From Octopus sinensis (Eukaryota), in contig NC_043003.1 of the NCBI RefSeq assembly GCF_006345805.1, positions 82,770,001 through 82,834,000 of the forward strand: DNA of 64,000 bases, written 5' to 3'. How positions within the stretch are numbered: position 1 is the first letter of the stretch; the number at the start of each line of letters is the position of its first letter. Of this stretch, positions 52,080 to 64,000 are shown in pieces. The notes beneath the pieces were generated by a model. The model searched no databases. It was not told the origin of the DNA and saw only the letters and a program-made list of their open reading frames with translations. The position numbers and the translations under genes were made by a program.

Positions 52080-52500
52080 TTTTAGAGGAGATAGCTGTGC
52101 CTATACCCTTCGTAGGCTCTTCTCGACCGGTGCGATCTAGGTAATTAATATTCCTTTGAAAACTTTTTGTGTCACATCTGCCGATTTCTGAGGGACGATG
52201 ATCTTCAAAGAAAAGACTAGGAGTAGAGATTACTACTCTCACCTCTTCTGTGATGACCACAAAACTAGTGAGAGCAGAAGGGTACAAAGAATTGGAAATG
52301 ATTGAAAAGCGGTGCTATAAGCCGAACCAGTTTTGAGGTCTAGGAGCCATTATAGTAGCGGTGTAAAAAGCAAAGATAGGTGCCTGTAGGTCAGGGCGTG
52401 TCTATGAGCAACTTAAAGATAATTAGACGAATCTTTACTGGATGTAAACTGGGATGACTGCGGGCTGCAGAAGCGCCATACCAGATGTGAAATCGATATT
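52080..52500 (-). mobile_element. Degraded CR1/Jockey-group LINE ORF2 C-terminus
   Basis: A minus-strand remnant resembling the LFYRYY.G motif (TTTTACACCGCTACTATAATGGC), then TKSFQRNINYLD; many indels. Confidence 0.5.
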
Positions 52501-52531
52501 TCACTATAGATTTGAGCATTAATCAATATAT

Positions 52532-52759
52532 GTTTTTACTACCCACAAGGGGTTAAACACAGAGGGGACAAACAAGGACAGACAAAGGGATTAAGTCGAC
52601 TACATCGACCCCAGTGAGTAACTGGTACTTAATTTATCGACCCCGAAAGGATGAAAGGCAAAGTCGACCTCGGCGGAATTTGAACTCGGAACGTAACGAC
52701 AGACGAAATACGGCTACGAATTTCGCCCGGCGTGCTAACGTTTCTACCAGCTCGCCGCC
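52532..52759 (-). mobile_element. SINE family B monomer with Tx1-like tail, young copy
   Basis: Complete monomer; 13-bp TSD TTAATCAATATAT at 52519-52531 and 52760-52772. Confidence 0.92.
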
Positions 52760-53188
52760 TTAATCAATATATACAGTCACTTAGGCTTATCCCCTTGAGT
52801 TTTAAATACCTTAATAACAGATACAAAACACGCCAACTTGACCAATAAAACACCTCAACTAAATAGCAATAAAACATCACTGCTGATTCTACTGCTACTG
52901 TGACTGGTGTGATAATGGCAACAAGGACAGGCAGAAAGCGCAACACTCCGCCAACGTAACTCCAACGTCCTCTCAACGATTAACCTGTGAAGATTTTTAA
53001 AATAAGAATATCTGAAATAAAATATTTCAATGAATATCATGAGACCTTTTGGTATTCTCTCCTCTTAAATTCCGGTCTTCCTTTAGTAATTCCTGATATT
53101 TTTGTCGATGTTTAGAATTTTCTATATATGTAAATATACTGTAAAGAATTCAAATGTATGTATAATCTCCTAGTATAATAAAGAGCGT

Positions 53189-53279
<91 letters not shown>

Positions 53280-53446
53280 GAGCCAGAGTGAGATGTGAAG
53301 GCAGTGGAGATAAATAGCACAGAGAGCGTCATATGAATGAGAAAGGAAGGGACGATAGACAAATAGTGAAGGAAGGAGTGAAAGAGCCGATAAATGGCGA
53401 TTGAAACGTGAATATATGTGTGTATGTGTGTGCCTGTACGAGAGAA

Positions 53447-53744
53447 CTAAATGAAATTTACATATAGATTTAAAGTAAAGAAAATATTGAAAAATAATCC
53501 AGCATCCTTGTCCGGTAGTGGATCGATCATAAAATCTAATGGTTCGTGCCAGTCACGGGGCGAAACAACCCTGAAAGTGTTATCCGAATCCACCCAGCGG
53601 TTCTTGAGATATCTTGTCCACCGACAAACAATCAAACAAACAAATGCAACTGAAAACAATACCCCCGCCTTCGCTAAGGCTGAGGTAATAATAAAAACTA
53701 CAGGCATAAGGAAAACAACTGGTACTCCTTTGAGGTGATTTTTC
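53447..53744 (-). CDS. Candidate exon encoding a hydrophobic (transmembrane-like) stretch and a polar tail
   Basis: TTTTTAG acceptor at 53746-53745; open frame ...VPVVFLMPVVFIITSALAKAGVLFSVAFVCLIVCRWTRYLKNRW...; the antisense frame is also open; non-repetitive. No family recognised. Confidence 0.3.
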
Positions 53745-54149
53745 CTAAAAATAGCATAACAATTTCTATCAGTGTACACCCTTCCTATGGTGTACACTAC
53801 CAGAATCGTTAGAGCGTCAAATAGAATACCCCTTGCCATATTCGTTCCGGTTTTCTGCTCTTAGGATTCAAATTATGCTGGCATTAACTTTGACCTTAAT
53901 ATTTTCGGAAGGATTATAAATAAACTATCAGTTCCGTTTTCTCTCCCTCACTCCCCCTTTCACGCTCTCTTTTTCTCTGTTTCTTTAATGTTATTCTTGT
54001 AATTCCAAGGACGATTTTTGTCGCAATGTGTCACGCAGATTCGCCTTGATAATTGTTTTATGATTGCAGTGGAATACCCAACCATTTACTCCTTCATTTT
54101 ACGAGTGCGAATTTATATTATATTTATAACAACTACATTCTTTTCTTCG

Positions 54150-55975
54150 TTTTCAATTGCTTGTATAGTGCTTTCTTTGCAGTCTTTCATCCTACACAAG
54201 ACTGCCCTTCTTACTTCTAGTAATAGCGGTTCTGTGGCATTTTTTACATACCATGCTATGTTATTTTCTGCTCTAATGCTGGGTTCGCAACCAATAAGTC
54301 CTCTTCTCCGTTTTTTCTTGGTAAATACAGTCTATCTGCGTCACTTTTTGGGTGGAGTGTCCCATACCTAGTTAGCAACTTCCTTGTCTTTCTGTGTAAC
54401 CTAGTTAGTTCGTCTACCGTCCATGAGATTACCCCTGCTCCATAGCTAGGGAGTGAAACCTCCCTAGGTGTTGATAGCTTTAATCTTATTCCGTCCGTTT
54501 AATTTCGACTTAAGGATCAGTCTCAGTCTGTGCAAGTACTCCACCTTAAAATTTTCTGTCATTTCTTTCTCCATCAATTTATCCATTTCCAAAATCCCCA
54601 AGTACTTATAGCCTGTCTCTCCTATCTGCCTCATAACCTCCATCGACCGTATCGTTAGCCCGTTCATACATTTGATTTTGCCTCTCTTCAAGATAAACAC
54701 ACTACACTTTCTCAGTGCGAACTCCATTCTGATATCTGCACTGAAAGTATATACCTCAGAATCAGTGTTAGTGGTATCCGCACTGTACAAAGATCAGTGG
54801 GGACAGTCAGTCCCCTTTGAAGATGCCCCACTAATTTCTACTATCCCTAAACCTCTTTCGTATGCTGTCAGGTCCGTCCTCCAATTCGCCATACTTTTTC
54901 CAAGCAATCACTCAACATTTGATGCAATACTAAATAGGTGCATACATTCCATTATCCAAGAGTGTGGAATCATATCATACGCCTTAAGATAGTCGATCCA
55001 TGCCATGGCGAAATTACTTTCCCTCCTCATGCAGTCTGTAAATACAGTTATGTCTATCAGGTGTTGATCCTTGGTACCTCTGCACTTACGCTTACAACCC
55101 TTTCGCTTATGTGGCAGGACTCCTATTTTACAGATGTCCTGACACTGACTCTGCGAGTATTCCAGTCAATAATTTTCTACATAAGTGGCAAACAGGGTAT
55201 CGGCCTGTAAATGTCTATCGTATTGCCTTTTTCGATGTTTTTCAGACACAGCACTCTCCTACCCAATGTTAAAGACTCTGGTGTTACCTGCTCGGCATTT
55301 AACAAGGTGTTGAGTTAGGTAGTTATCCGTGGATGACATTCACTAAATATTTTGATCCAGCAGCCTTGAACTCCATCCTGTCCCGGGGCCTTCCGGTAGG
55401 TCATCTTTTTGCTAATTTCCTTCATTTCTCTAAATGAAATGACTAGTTCTGCCTGTTTTGGGAAGACTAAAGTTTGTTTCAGTTCTTGCAACCATTCAGC
55501 ATCCTTCTTTTGCTCCAAATGTCACTCCAAAAACTTTGACTTTCAATGTTATCTGGTATCAACTTTTCCTCTGTACACTCTCCATTTCTTTCTTTATAGA
55601 ATCTCTTCTTATCTACTCCAAGTAACCTCTTCTGGTGGTAACCCTTCATGCTTTGGTCTTATCTTACCATCTTTGCTTTCTTTGCAACGATGTTCTGTTT
55701 CAGTTCCTCCATTACCACTTTCATGCCTTTTCTTTCAAAATTATACTTCCTTTTCAGCGCCCTGATTTTTTATTTCGCTTTTGAGCTCCCCTTTCTCTTT
55801 TCGGTCTAACACAGAAATTTCCTTCAAGAGCATGTCTAATCCTGCCTTTATTTTTCTTTTCCGTCATAGACATTTTCTTTTGTCACTCCCATTATATTTC
55901 TTTTTCTTAATATCAACACCCACATTCTCTGCTACAACAATACTTACTGCCTTGATCAAATTATTTGTTTTTCAT
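54150..55975 (-). mobile_element. R4/Dong-clade LINE, second copy (RT region, decayed, no 3' end)
   Basis: [23 protein letters not shown], a GIFxGDxLSPL-like remnant, EFALRKC and YKYLGILE. Collinear with 42993-43680. (GAT)n(AAT)n lies at the 5' end. Confidence 0.85.
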
Positions 55976-56001
55976 CATCGTCATCATCATCATCATCATC
56001 A

Positions 56002-56372
<371 letters not shown>

Positions 56373-56400
56373 CATCACCATTATTATTATTATTATTACT

Positions 56401-56951
56401 GAATGAGAAAACAGTGCATGCCACCAAAGCGACACAGTGGTAAAAATATACGAAGCCCAGTATACTCATCATGACTGCCCATCTGATAAGGGTACACCAG
56501 GCACATGCATCACTACCGTATGTACGTGACATGGTGATCTCATATCAAGATTAAGAATGCATGACCTCGCAGGTTGGACCTAGTTAGAATTTTCTTCAGG
56601 TCGAGTAACCCATCACGCTCAAAAATTGTTTAAGTATGTTGTTTAATGATGTGGCAGGAAGCACCCATGTTTCTAGAGTTGACCCCAAACCCCAAAGAAT
56701 TTCTCTCGACACATGGCTATGATGCTCCCCAACTAGTTTTGCTCGTGATCAGTGATGCACATATCGTCAGATACCAAGGGTCATACTCAACTGATTAAGG
56801 TCAAACAGCTGACGAGCAATTCTGTGGTATTGTACAGAATATTTGCTGTATCCCTTCATTTATACCAAGACAAGACAATGTACATGATAACCCTTCCAAT
56901 CAGTTCAGATCAGAACCCATGAGAGCCACTGCCTTGTACTGCATCAGGGCA
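56401..56951. repeat. Unclassified ~550-bp non-coding element embedded in (ATT)n
   Basis: GAATGAGAAAACAGTGCATGCC...ACTGCATCAGGGC, flanked by (ATT)n; homologous partial copy 350 bp upstream. Confidence 0.75.
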
Positions 56952-57020
56952 TTTTATTATTATTATTATTATTATTATATTATTATTATTATTATTATTA
57001 TTGTTATTGTTATTATTATT

Positions 57021-57070
<50 letters not shown>

Positions 57071-57071
57071 G

Positions 57072-57113
<42 letters not shown>

Positions 57114-57553
57114 TTATTATTATTATTATTATCATCATTATTATTGTTATCATTATTATTATTAGTATCATGTTGCTCATGCAGCTGATATTGATGTTGC
57201 TATCGTATCATTGTGACTACTACCACTACTACTACCACTACTACTACTGCTACTACTGATTATCCTCCTCCTCCTGCTGCTACAGCTGCTACTGCTAACG
57301 ATTTCGTCTATTTCCGATTTGAATTATTTAAACATCTTTACCTTCTGGCATTGTTTAATTTCCATTTTCTCACAAATAATGTAGGAAAATCTCTAGGATA
57401 TTGAGAAAACATTGAATATAATAGTTTTATTTACATTTTGTTTTCTAATATTTGTCTCGAACGTATTAATACCTTGTCTGGCAAATTATCTCCCTTTGCT
57501 GAGTAACACCATAGCCTATTAATATAGCAGCTTATATCAGAACGACAAATGTT

Positions 57554-57595
<42 letters not shown>

Positions 57596-57901
57596 TATAT
57601 ATATGATAAATTTAAGATTCAGTTGAAGCATCTTGTTATCCGGAGTAACACGCACACCCAAATGTTATCAAGTGAATATCAAACTCGGTGCAGAAGAGCC
57701 AGCACCTGATATTTTTCAGTATATGTAGCTAATACGACCCAGATTAGTGAAGAGATCAGCTCTTGACTATTCAGACATGTACGTTATGTTAGAATACTTT
57801 CTATAATATTTACGAAGCGCAGATTTCAGGATAGATGATTATAGTATAAATGAGTAAGAAAGTGGTACAAGTGTACGCCTGTAACACTTGTGACTCATTT
57901 A

Positions 57902-57949
<48 letters not shown>

Positions 57950-58941
57950 GTGTGTGTGTGTGTGTCCAAGGTGTATTATTAAATTCTGTTTAGGTATATT
58001 GTTAAATTTTGTTTTAAAACCGTCAGGAATTTAGTCAGAATTGATAGAACGTTGGACAAGATCATTTCTATTATTTAGTTATATCCATTTGTATTCTAAA
58101 GTGAAAAATCCGACGCATCAGCTATATTTTTCATCTATTCGGGATTGATAAACATAAGTAGAGATCAGCTATTTGGTGTCACTGTAAGCAGAGTGCCCAC
58201 CTACAAAATTGCTACTGTTATTTTTGTGTCATAAATCCTGATTATATTCAATAATTTCCATTTACAGCAAGTATTATAGTGACTGGTGAGGAAATATGCA
58301 TCTAAAAAAAGCGATAGTATCTGTTAGTCAAGAGAATGACATATTAAAGAATCTACACACATATATCTTACTTGTGAGGTAGGGTTTATTGCAGACCATG
58401 CTGATTATATGTCTATGTGCAAAATGTTGAAAATTGATGTTATTACTGCCAGCTATGGTCGTTCCAAATCCTACCTTTGAAACTAAACTCCACAATATAA
58501 TTATGCCTATAGGTTTTATTCTATCCTCAACTTTCTTTCAAATATATTTTATCTAATTTTATTGCATCTGCATAGTGAATATTCTGCAAGTGTAATCAAT
58601 TTATTACTGCTACTATAAAACTGTACAGATAAAAAGTAATCTGTTGGAGAAACCGGCAGTCAGATATAAACTCAGTATAACCTTGCAAATCAGTTTACAC
58701 AATATCAAATATTATGTATTTCTTTTCTCTAGAAAGTTACTAAAACTGTATACATGGGAACTAAAATTATTGGAACTTTTTATTCTGCAACTCTGTCTCC
58801 CGAGTTCAATTTATACATTTAATCTTGTTGTGAATTAAGTTAAATAAATAAAGATGGCTTGCTCAGGTGAGAGGTATATTTGGCCTTTGAAGGTACCTTG
58901 AGACCGAGGAAATTAAAGCGATTAATGTATCTTTTGTATAG

Positions 58942-59012
58942 CTGTAAAAGTAAATCGGCATGGAGGAAAATATAAAGAGCTGACACACTGGATAGGAGAA
59001 CTGTGCGAAGAG
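58942..59012 (+). CDS. Candidate 71-nt internal exon (VKVNRHGGKYKELTHWIGELCEE), unknown gene
   Basis: CTTTTGTATAG acceptor, GAG|GTAAGT consensus donor, open frame. Confidence 0.3.
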
Positions 59013-59191
59013 GTAAGTGGGTAGCCAGGAAGTTACAAGCAATATGAGTGATGAATTAAAGAGAGGGACATATCAGAAAGATAAGTTTGCTGGAATCAGT
59101 AACTCTGCTCTATATTAATTGTATTTTGAGAATCAGTACAATCTCATGAATGTCACTTCATACAACCATTGATATATTGATATATCTTTTA

Positions 59192-59400
59192 TCTTTTACT
59201 TGTTTCAGTCATCACAATGTGGCTATGCTGGAGCTTTGCTTTGGTGAGTTTTTTGTCGAATTAATTGGCCCTAGTCCTTATTTTCCCAGGCCTGGTACTT
59301 ACTCTGCTATGCCACAGTTAGGTAAACATACCGATACCGGTTGCCAAGCGGTGGTAGCAGACAGGTCCAGGCACAAAGACACTCACACACATACACACAC
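59192..59400 (-). mobile_element. SINE family A, 3' half, degraded
   Basis: TTTTACTTGTTTCAGTCAT...GGCTATGCTGGAGC tail motif. Confidence 0.7.
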
Positions 59401-59470
59401 AAACGCACGCAGATACGCACACAGACACACACACTCACACACATACACACACACAAACAAACACATAAGC

Positions 59471-59520
<50 letters not shown>

Positions 59521-59528
<8 letters not shown>

Positions 59529-60477
59529 AAAGGGCTTAGTAAAATAAATTACTTTGCCGCATACTGAACTCATTAGAAATAGTAGCTAAAAAAAAACTTT
59601 TTTAAAACTATTACTAATACTTAAAGAAAACCTCTCTCATATAGTGTTTGCTCAATTCAACTCACGAAAGTATGGGGGTAAAGACATTAAAAAATCAAAT
59701 GCAAAGGTTATTTGAGAACGTACGTTTCAAGATTAGTCAACTCGACATTTCTATCATCAGCTCAGAACTCCTTGGTTTGGATTTGAAAACACTGAAAGTG
59801 GGAGCATACCCTTTCGGCTTCTTATCGCTTCTGAAGATCTGCTCGAAACTAACAGTGCCAGCAAACTCAAATATACAAGCGAAGAATTTCTGCTCTCCCC
59901 TTTCCACCAGCGTGGGTTAAAATCAGTAAACACTATGCTTTTTTCGGTAAAATCCGAGGCATTAAATAGAGAGAGATGAATTATAATTTCAACAATTGAG
60001 GGTAAAATTAATTAATTATTAATCACATTCACCAAGTATTCAGTATGCAAAGGGACCATTTAAGGCGAATTCAAATTATTACATTATATAAAAGGGCTCC
60101 CACTTTCAGTGTTTTCAAATCCAAACCAAGGAGTTCTGAGCTGATGATAGAAATGTCGAGCTGACTAATCTTGAAACGTACGTTCTCAAATAACCTTTGA
60201 ATTTGATTTTTTAATGTCTTTACCCCCATACTTTCGTGAGTTGAATTGAGCAAACACTATATGAGAGAGGTTTTCTTTAAGTATTAGTAATAGTTTTAAA
60301 AAAGTTTTTTTTTAGCTACTATTTCTAATGAGTTCAGTATGCGGCAAAGTAATTTATTTTACTAAGCCCTTTTATATAATGTAATAATTTGAATTCGCCT
60401 TAAATGGTCCCTTTGCATACTGAATACTTGGTGAATTTGATTAATAATTAATTAATTTTACCCTCAATTGTTGAAAT
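59521..60477. repeat. 562-bp circularly permuted (satellite-like) unit followed by a 382-bp inverted partial copy
   Basis: 59521-59805 is the reverse complement of 60096-60380, and 59986-60096 of 60367-60477. ATTATATAAAAGGGCT recurs at 59521 and 60083. Confidence 0.92.
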
Positions 60478-60520
<43 letters not shown>

Positions 60521-60699
60521 TAAATCCAAAAAGAACTATGAAAAAACAACGCGAGAACGTGGTACATGTAATGTATTAGCAGACGCTCAGGAAAGGAAAG
60601 AAACATGGTTTAATGTTTTGAGCAAACGCTCTTCTTCGGAAACAGAGGAAAGTCCAATAGAAAGGGAAGACGGAGGAAGAAAACGTCAACGATTCACAT

Positions 60700-60862
60700 G
60701 TGGTTACATAGTCTTCTTTTTTATCTACCAAATCCACTGACAAGGCTTTAGTCGCCCCGAAGCTATAGTGGAAGTCACCAGCTCAAGTTGCCACGCATTG
60801 GGATAGAAACCAGTATTGCGTGGTTGAGAAGGAAACATCATTTCAACCAGCCACAATTGCAC
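60700..60862 (-). mobile_element. SINE family A, 5' half, degraded
   Basis: CGTCTACCAAATCC-like body and head remnants collinear with 10930-11068. Confidence 0.65.
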
Positions 60863-61928
60863 CTATAAAAAGTGGTTTGTTCTGATGCAATGCCAACTAC
60901 TAGTAGAAATCTCTGGGTGGTCACATAGCTGAAGCGCTTACTGGGTTAGACTTTATTAGACATACATATCCAAGGGGATGCACATATACTCAAAATCTCT
61001 TGCAAATTAATGTTTACACTGCACCAGCTTGCTAGGAACTAATATTTGTTCTACTTGAGCATGTTCCCGGTCAGATATAAAAAGCTGAATTCAGGTGAAT
61101 TGTATAAATCTTCCATTACATATAATTAGTTTAATCTACTGTCTTTCAGAAAATTTAGGTCATAAATGTTATCTTAGAAATATCTTGTTTGTCTGGCAAA
61201 GTAGGCAACAAATACTATTTTAGGAATCTCTTACTGGCCTTGTTTAGTCGTTCATATATGTTCTTCATTTAGAAATACATTAATATTTTGGCTCGTCCCA
61301 GTTATTGTCAATTAGAAGAACTTTTCTGTAGGGAGGACTGGATTTTGCTGATGCCTTCATATAATTCCTTGAATTATATGAATCGTTGATAGTAAGTAGC
61401 CTCAGCAATAGGAAAAATTAGATTTACGACCAAAACAAAAGGGCATTGATATATATAGTTTTAATTTAACAGATCTGTTGAAATTGTGTTTTGTCCATAG
61501 ACACAACGGAGACGGATATAAATCTTCTCTTGGATGCTAGAAGGATAACAGAGAGTTCACCATCAGCCATTTCATAGTAATTTGTATCCGGTTGATCTCA
61601 GTAACATTAACTAAAGAAATTCTTACGGGGCAAGTATTACCTACTGCACACTCAAAATTTATACATCAGAAAGTTTATTGTAAATGTATATATCGCTCAA
61701 TGGATGTTTAGAACGATTTCTAATCTACATATGTTTTTCTTTTACTTAGCATCTAAAGAAATAATGATTCATAATTAATTTATTAGTCGCATTTATTGAT
61801 CTCTAGTAAAAACTTCTGAACTATATTTACCAACATATACTTCTGGATATGGCGCTAGACTTTCACAATTTACTACTCAATTCCAAGCAAATGCATTTTA
61901 AACTAACTGTGATATATTTTGTATACCT

Positions 61929-62118
61929 CAGGTGTAGCTGTGTGGTAGGAAACTTGCTTCTTAACCACATGGCTCCGGGTTCAGTCCCTCCGCGTGGCAA
62001 AATGAGCAAGTGTCTTCCAGTCTAGACTTTGACTGACAAAAATCTTGTGAGTGTATATCGGAGACGGAAAGCGAAAGGAGCCCGTCGCACACCTGTGCCT
62101 GTGTGCGTGTGTGTGTGT

Positions 62119-62150
<32 letters not shown>

Positions 62151-62415
62151 TGTGTGTGTCTGTGTATCTGTGTCTGTGTGTCTGTGTGTGTGTGTTTGTG
62201 TGTGCATGTCTTTGTCCCCATTCGCTACTTGACAACCGGTGGTTGTGGGTTCACGTCTGCATAACATAGTGGTTCGGCGAAAGGAGATGATAGAATGAAT
62301 ACTAGACTTGAAAAACTGATAAGTCCTAGTATCGATTTGTTCGACTAAAACCCTTCAAGGCGGTGCCCCAGCATGGCTGTAGTCAAATGACCGAGACAAG
62401 TAAATGATAAAAGAT
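61929..62415 (+). mobile_element. SINE family A, full length with internal (GT)n
   Basis: GTAGCTGTGTGGTAGG...GGGTTCAGTCCC head; tail GGCGGTGCCCCAGCATGGCTGTAGTCAAATGACCGAGAC. Confidence 0.88.
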
Positions 62416-63436
62416 AACTTCAGCTTTATAATGCAGGTTGAATTTCCTCTTATTATTCTACATATACAGAATGAATTCGAACTAATGAACTTCATTTGTA
62501 TAGCAAGATTAACACCATACATCTTAGATAAACCATTGCCTCTTTCAGCAGATATAATTACACTTGTTGAACACTAAAACTTTCAGAACAAATTGAACAT
62601 ATAAATATTGTAAATATACATTCTAATGACAAGATTAATGACTCGTAAATTACCATCTTGGAAACAATTCATCATCAAATTTTAAATTTACTGTACACGC
62701 ACTGAAGAAGGACAAAATATCCTCCAACAAAACAAATACAGAAGACATAAATTCAAATGTTTTCATGTAGGTATTTGATTATGTATTTTGCTTGTGCCTC
62801 GAGGATATACATTGAGACATATACGATTAAATATAACACATGCATATGTACACTATGACAGTCTACGCACTTACACAAACATACAAACACATAGAGAATG
62901 CGAGAGACTTTCATGTATATGATTGTAATCTTACATGAGATGTGTGACCATAATCACATGTGTTACAGGAGTCGCCTCTGTTTTCGAATAAATACAAACT
63001 GCTATAGGAATTACATTTACTTTCTTCTTTTTCTCTCATCGACATAGGGGCATGTAACTGCACACAGACAAACACTTATGTACACAAGCACGCTCACACA
63101 AATATGGACGACGCGTCTTAACGCTTGTTCTTATGTCTAGATATATGTAAAAAAACAATTTATATTATATAAAAACAGATTCTATTGAATACAAATAAAT
63201 ATATATAATCATACATCATGTAGCTTCATATTCATACATGTGCCCATGTGTGTGTATGTGTGTGTGTTTATGTACACAAACATACATGTATGTATATATA
63301 GATATATATGAAAAAGAAGAACGAAAATCCTACTCTCCTGAAATAAGTTACATTTTCGTTTTCTTTATATAAATTCATTAAACGAAGAATGTTTTGGTTC
63401 TGTTTTACATGTTTCGGTTTTCGGTTTTTGAAAACC

Positions 63437-64000
63437 TGCCATATAATTCTTACCACCCGAGATACTCCAGGATGAATATCCCATTTTGTTTTGTCAAAAG
63501 AATATGCACAATAATATCAGACGCAAACATCCGTTACACACAACTCCAGGAATTGAAAACCACACTCATCAATAGGAATTATCCACAACCCTTAATCGAC
63601 AACGCGTACTTAAATTAAATACACAGGAACTTAGACAACCAAGACCAAAGAAGGAAGAAAACTTGAAAACTCTGCCTTACATTTCCACACACAACCCACA
63701 TAACAATGAGGCCTTCAACACTATACTCCACAGCACAGCTCTAATCAAGAGAGACCCAAAGATGAATCAAATCCCCAAAACACACGCAATGATCAAAAGT
63801 AAGAGACAACTAAAATCAATGAAAAAGATTTTAACCCAGACCAAATTACACCCAACAGTAACCACAAAGACGACCCGTAAATAAGTGCGGGAGATCCAAC
63901 TGTGGGAGTTGTATCAACATAATAGAAGAATCAGAATACCGATTAGAACAAGGCAAAACCTTTACCATAAAAACTTATTTTACATGTGCATCGGAGAATT
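63437..64000 (+). mobile_element. Penelope-like element fragment (RT thumb, linker, start of GIY-YIG region), decayed
   Basis: YHPRYSRMNIPFCFVKRICTIISD...ELKTTLINRNYP, TLPYISTHNP and KCGRSNCGSC...FTCASEN. Runs off the window end. Confidence 0.85.

Noticed and set aside
59825-59860. CTGAAGA-TCTGCTC-GAAAC in the satellite-like unit (hammerheads are known in some satellites)
   Set aside because: Positions 10.1/11.1 are T/C (unpaired), the putative cleavage triplet would be GUG, and helix I is absent.

Overview
AT-rich, repeat-dominated eukaryotic DNA, intronic or intergenic. The SINE families and microsatellite landscape point to a coleoid cephalopod, most likely Octopus (inferred from family resemblance, no search run). 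No host gene is identified with confidence; there are only a few candidate exons. The one intact long ORF is a 1145-aa L1/Tx1-clade ORF2 (4699-8136, minus; APE endonuclease, RT, Cys/His knuckle). It lacks ORF1 and lies between two (GATA)n tracts. Decayed elements include a CR1/L2-group LINE, RTE and HERO-like pieces, two R4/Dong-like copies in (TAA)n, three mariners, a non-autonomous Helitron with stacked 3' ends, a Penelope-like element and many tRNA-derived SINEs. Best leads: (1) a possible (GATA)n-targeting, ORF2-only Tx1-like retrotransposon; (2) its 3' end matches the tail of an abundant SINE at 28/33 nt, and a second SINE family shares its tail and hairpin with the CR1/L2-group LINE, so two LINE-SINE partnerships appear in one window; (3) a SINE copy whose tRNA head is replaced by a full-length 5S rRNA; (4) a 562-bp circularly permuted unit with a near-perfect inverted duplication. 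Many boundaries are approximate.
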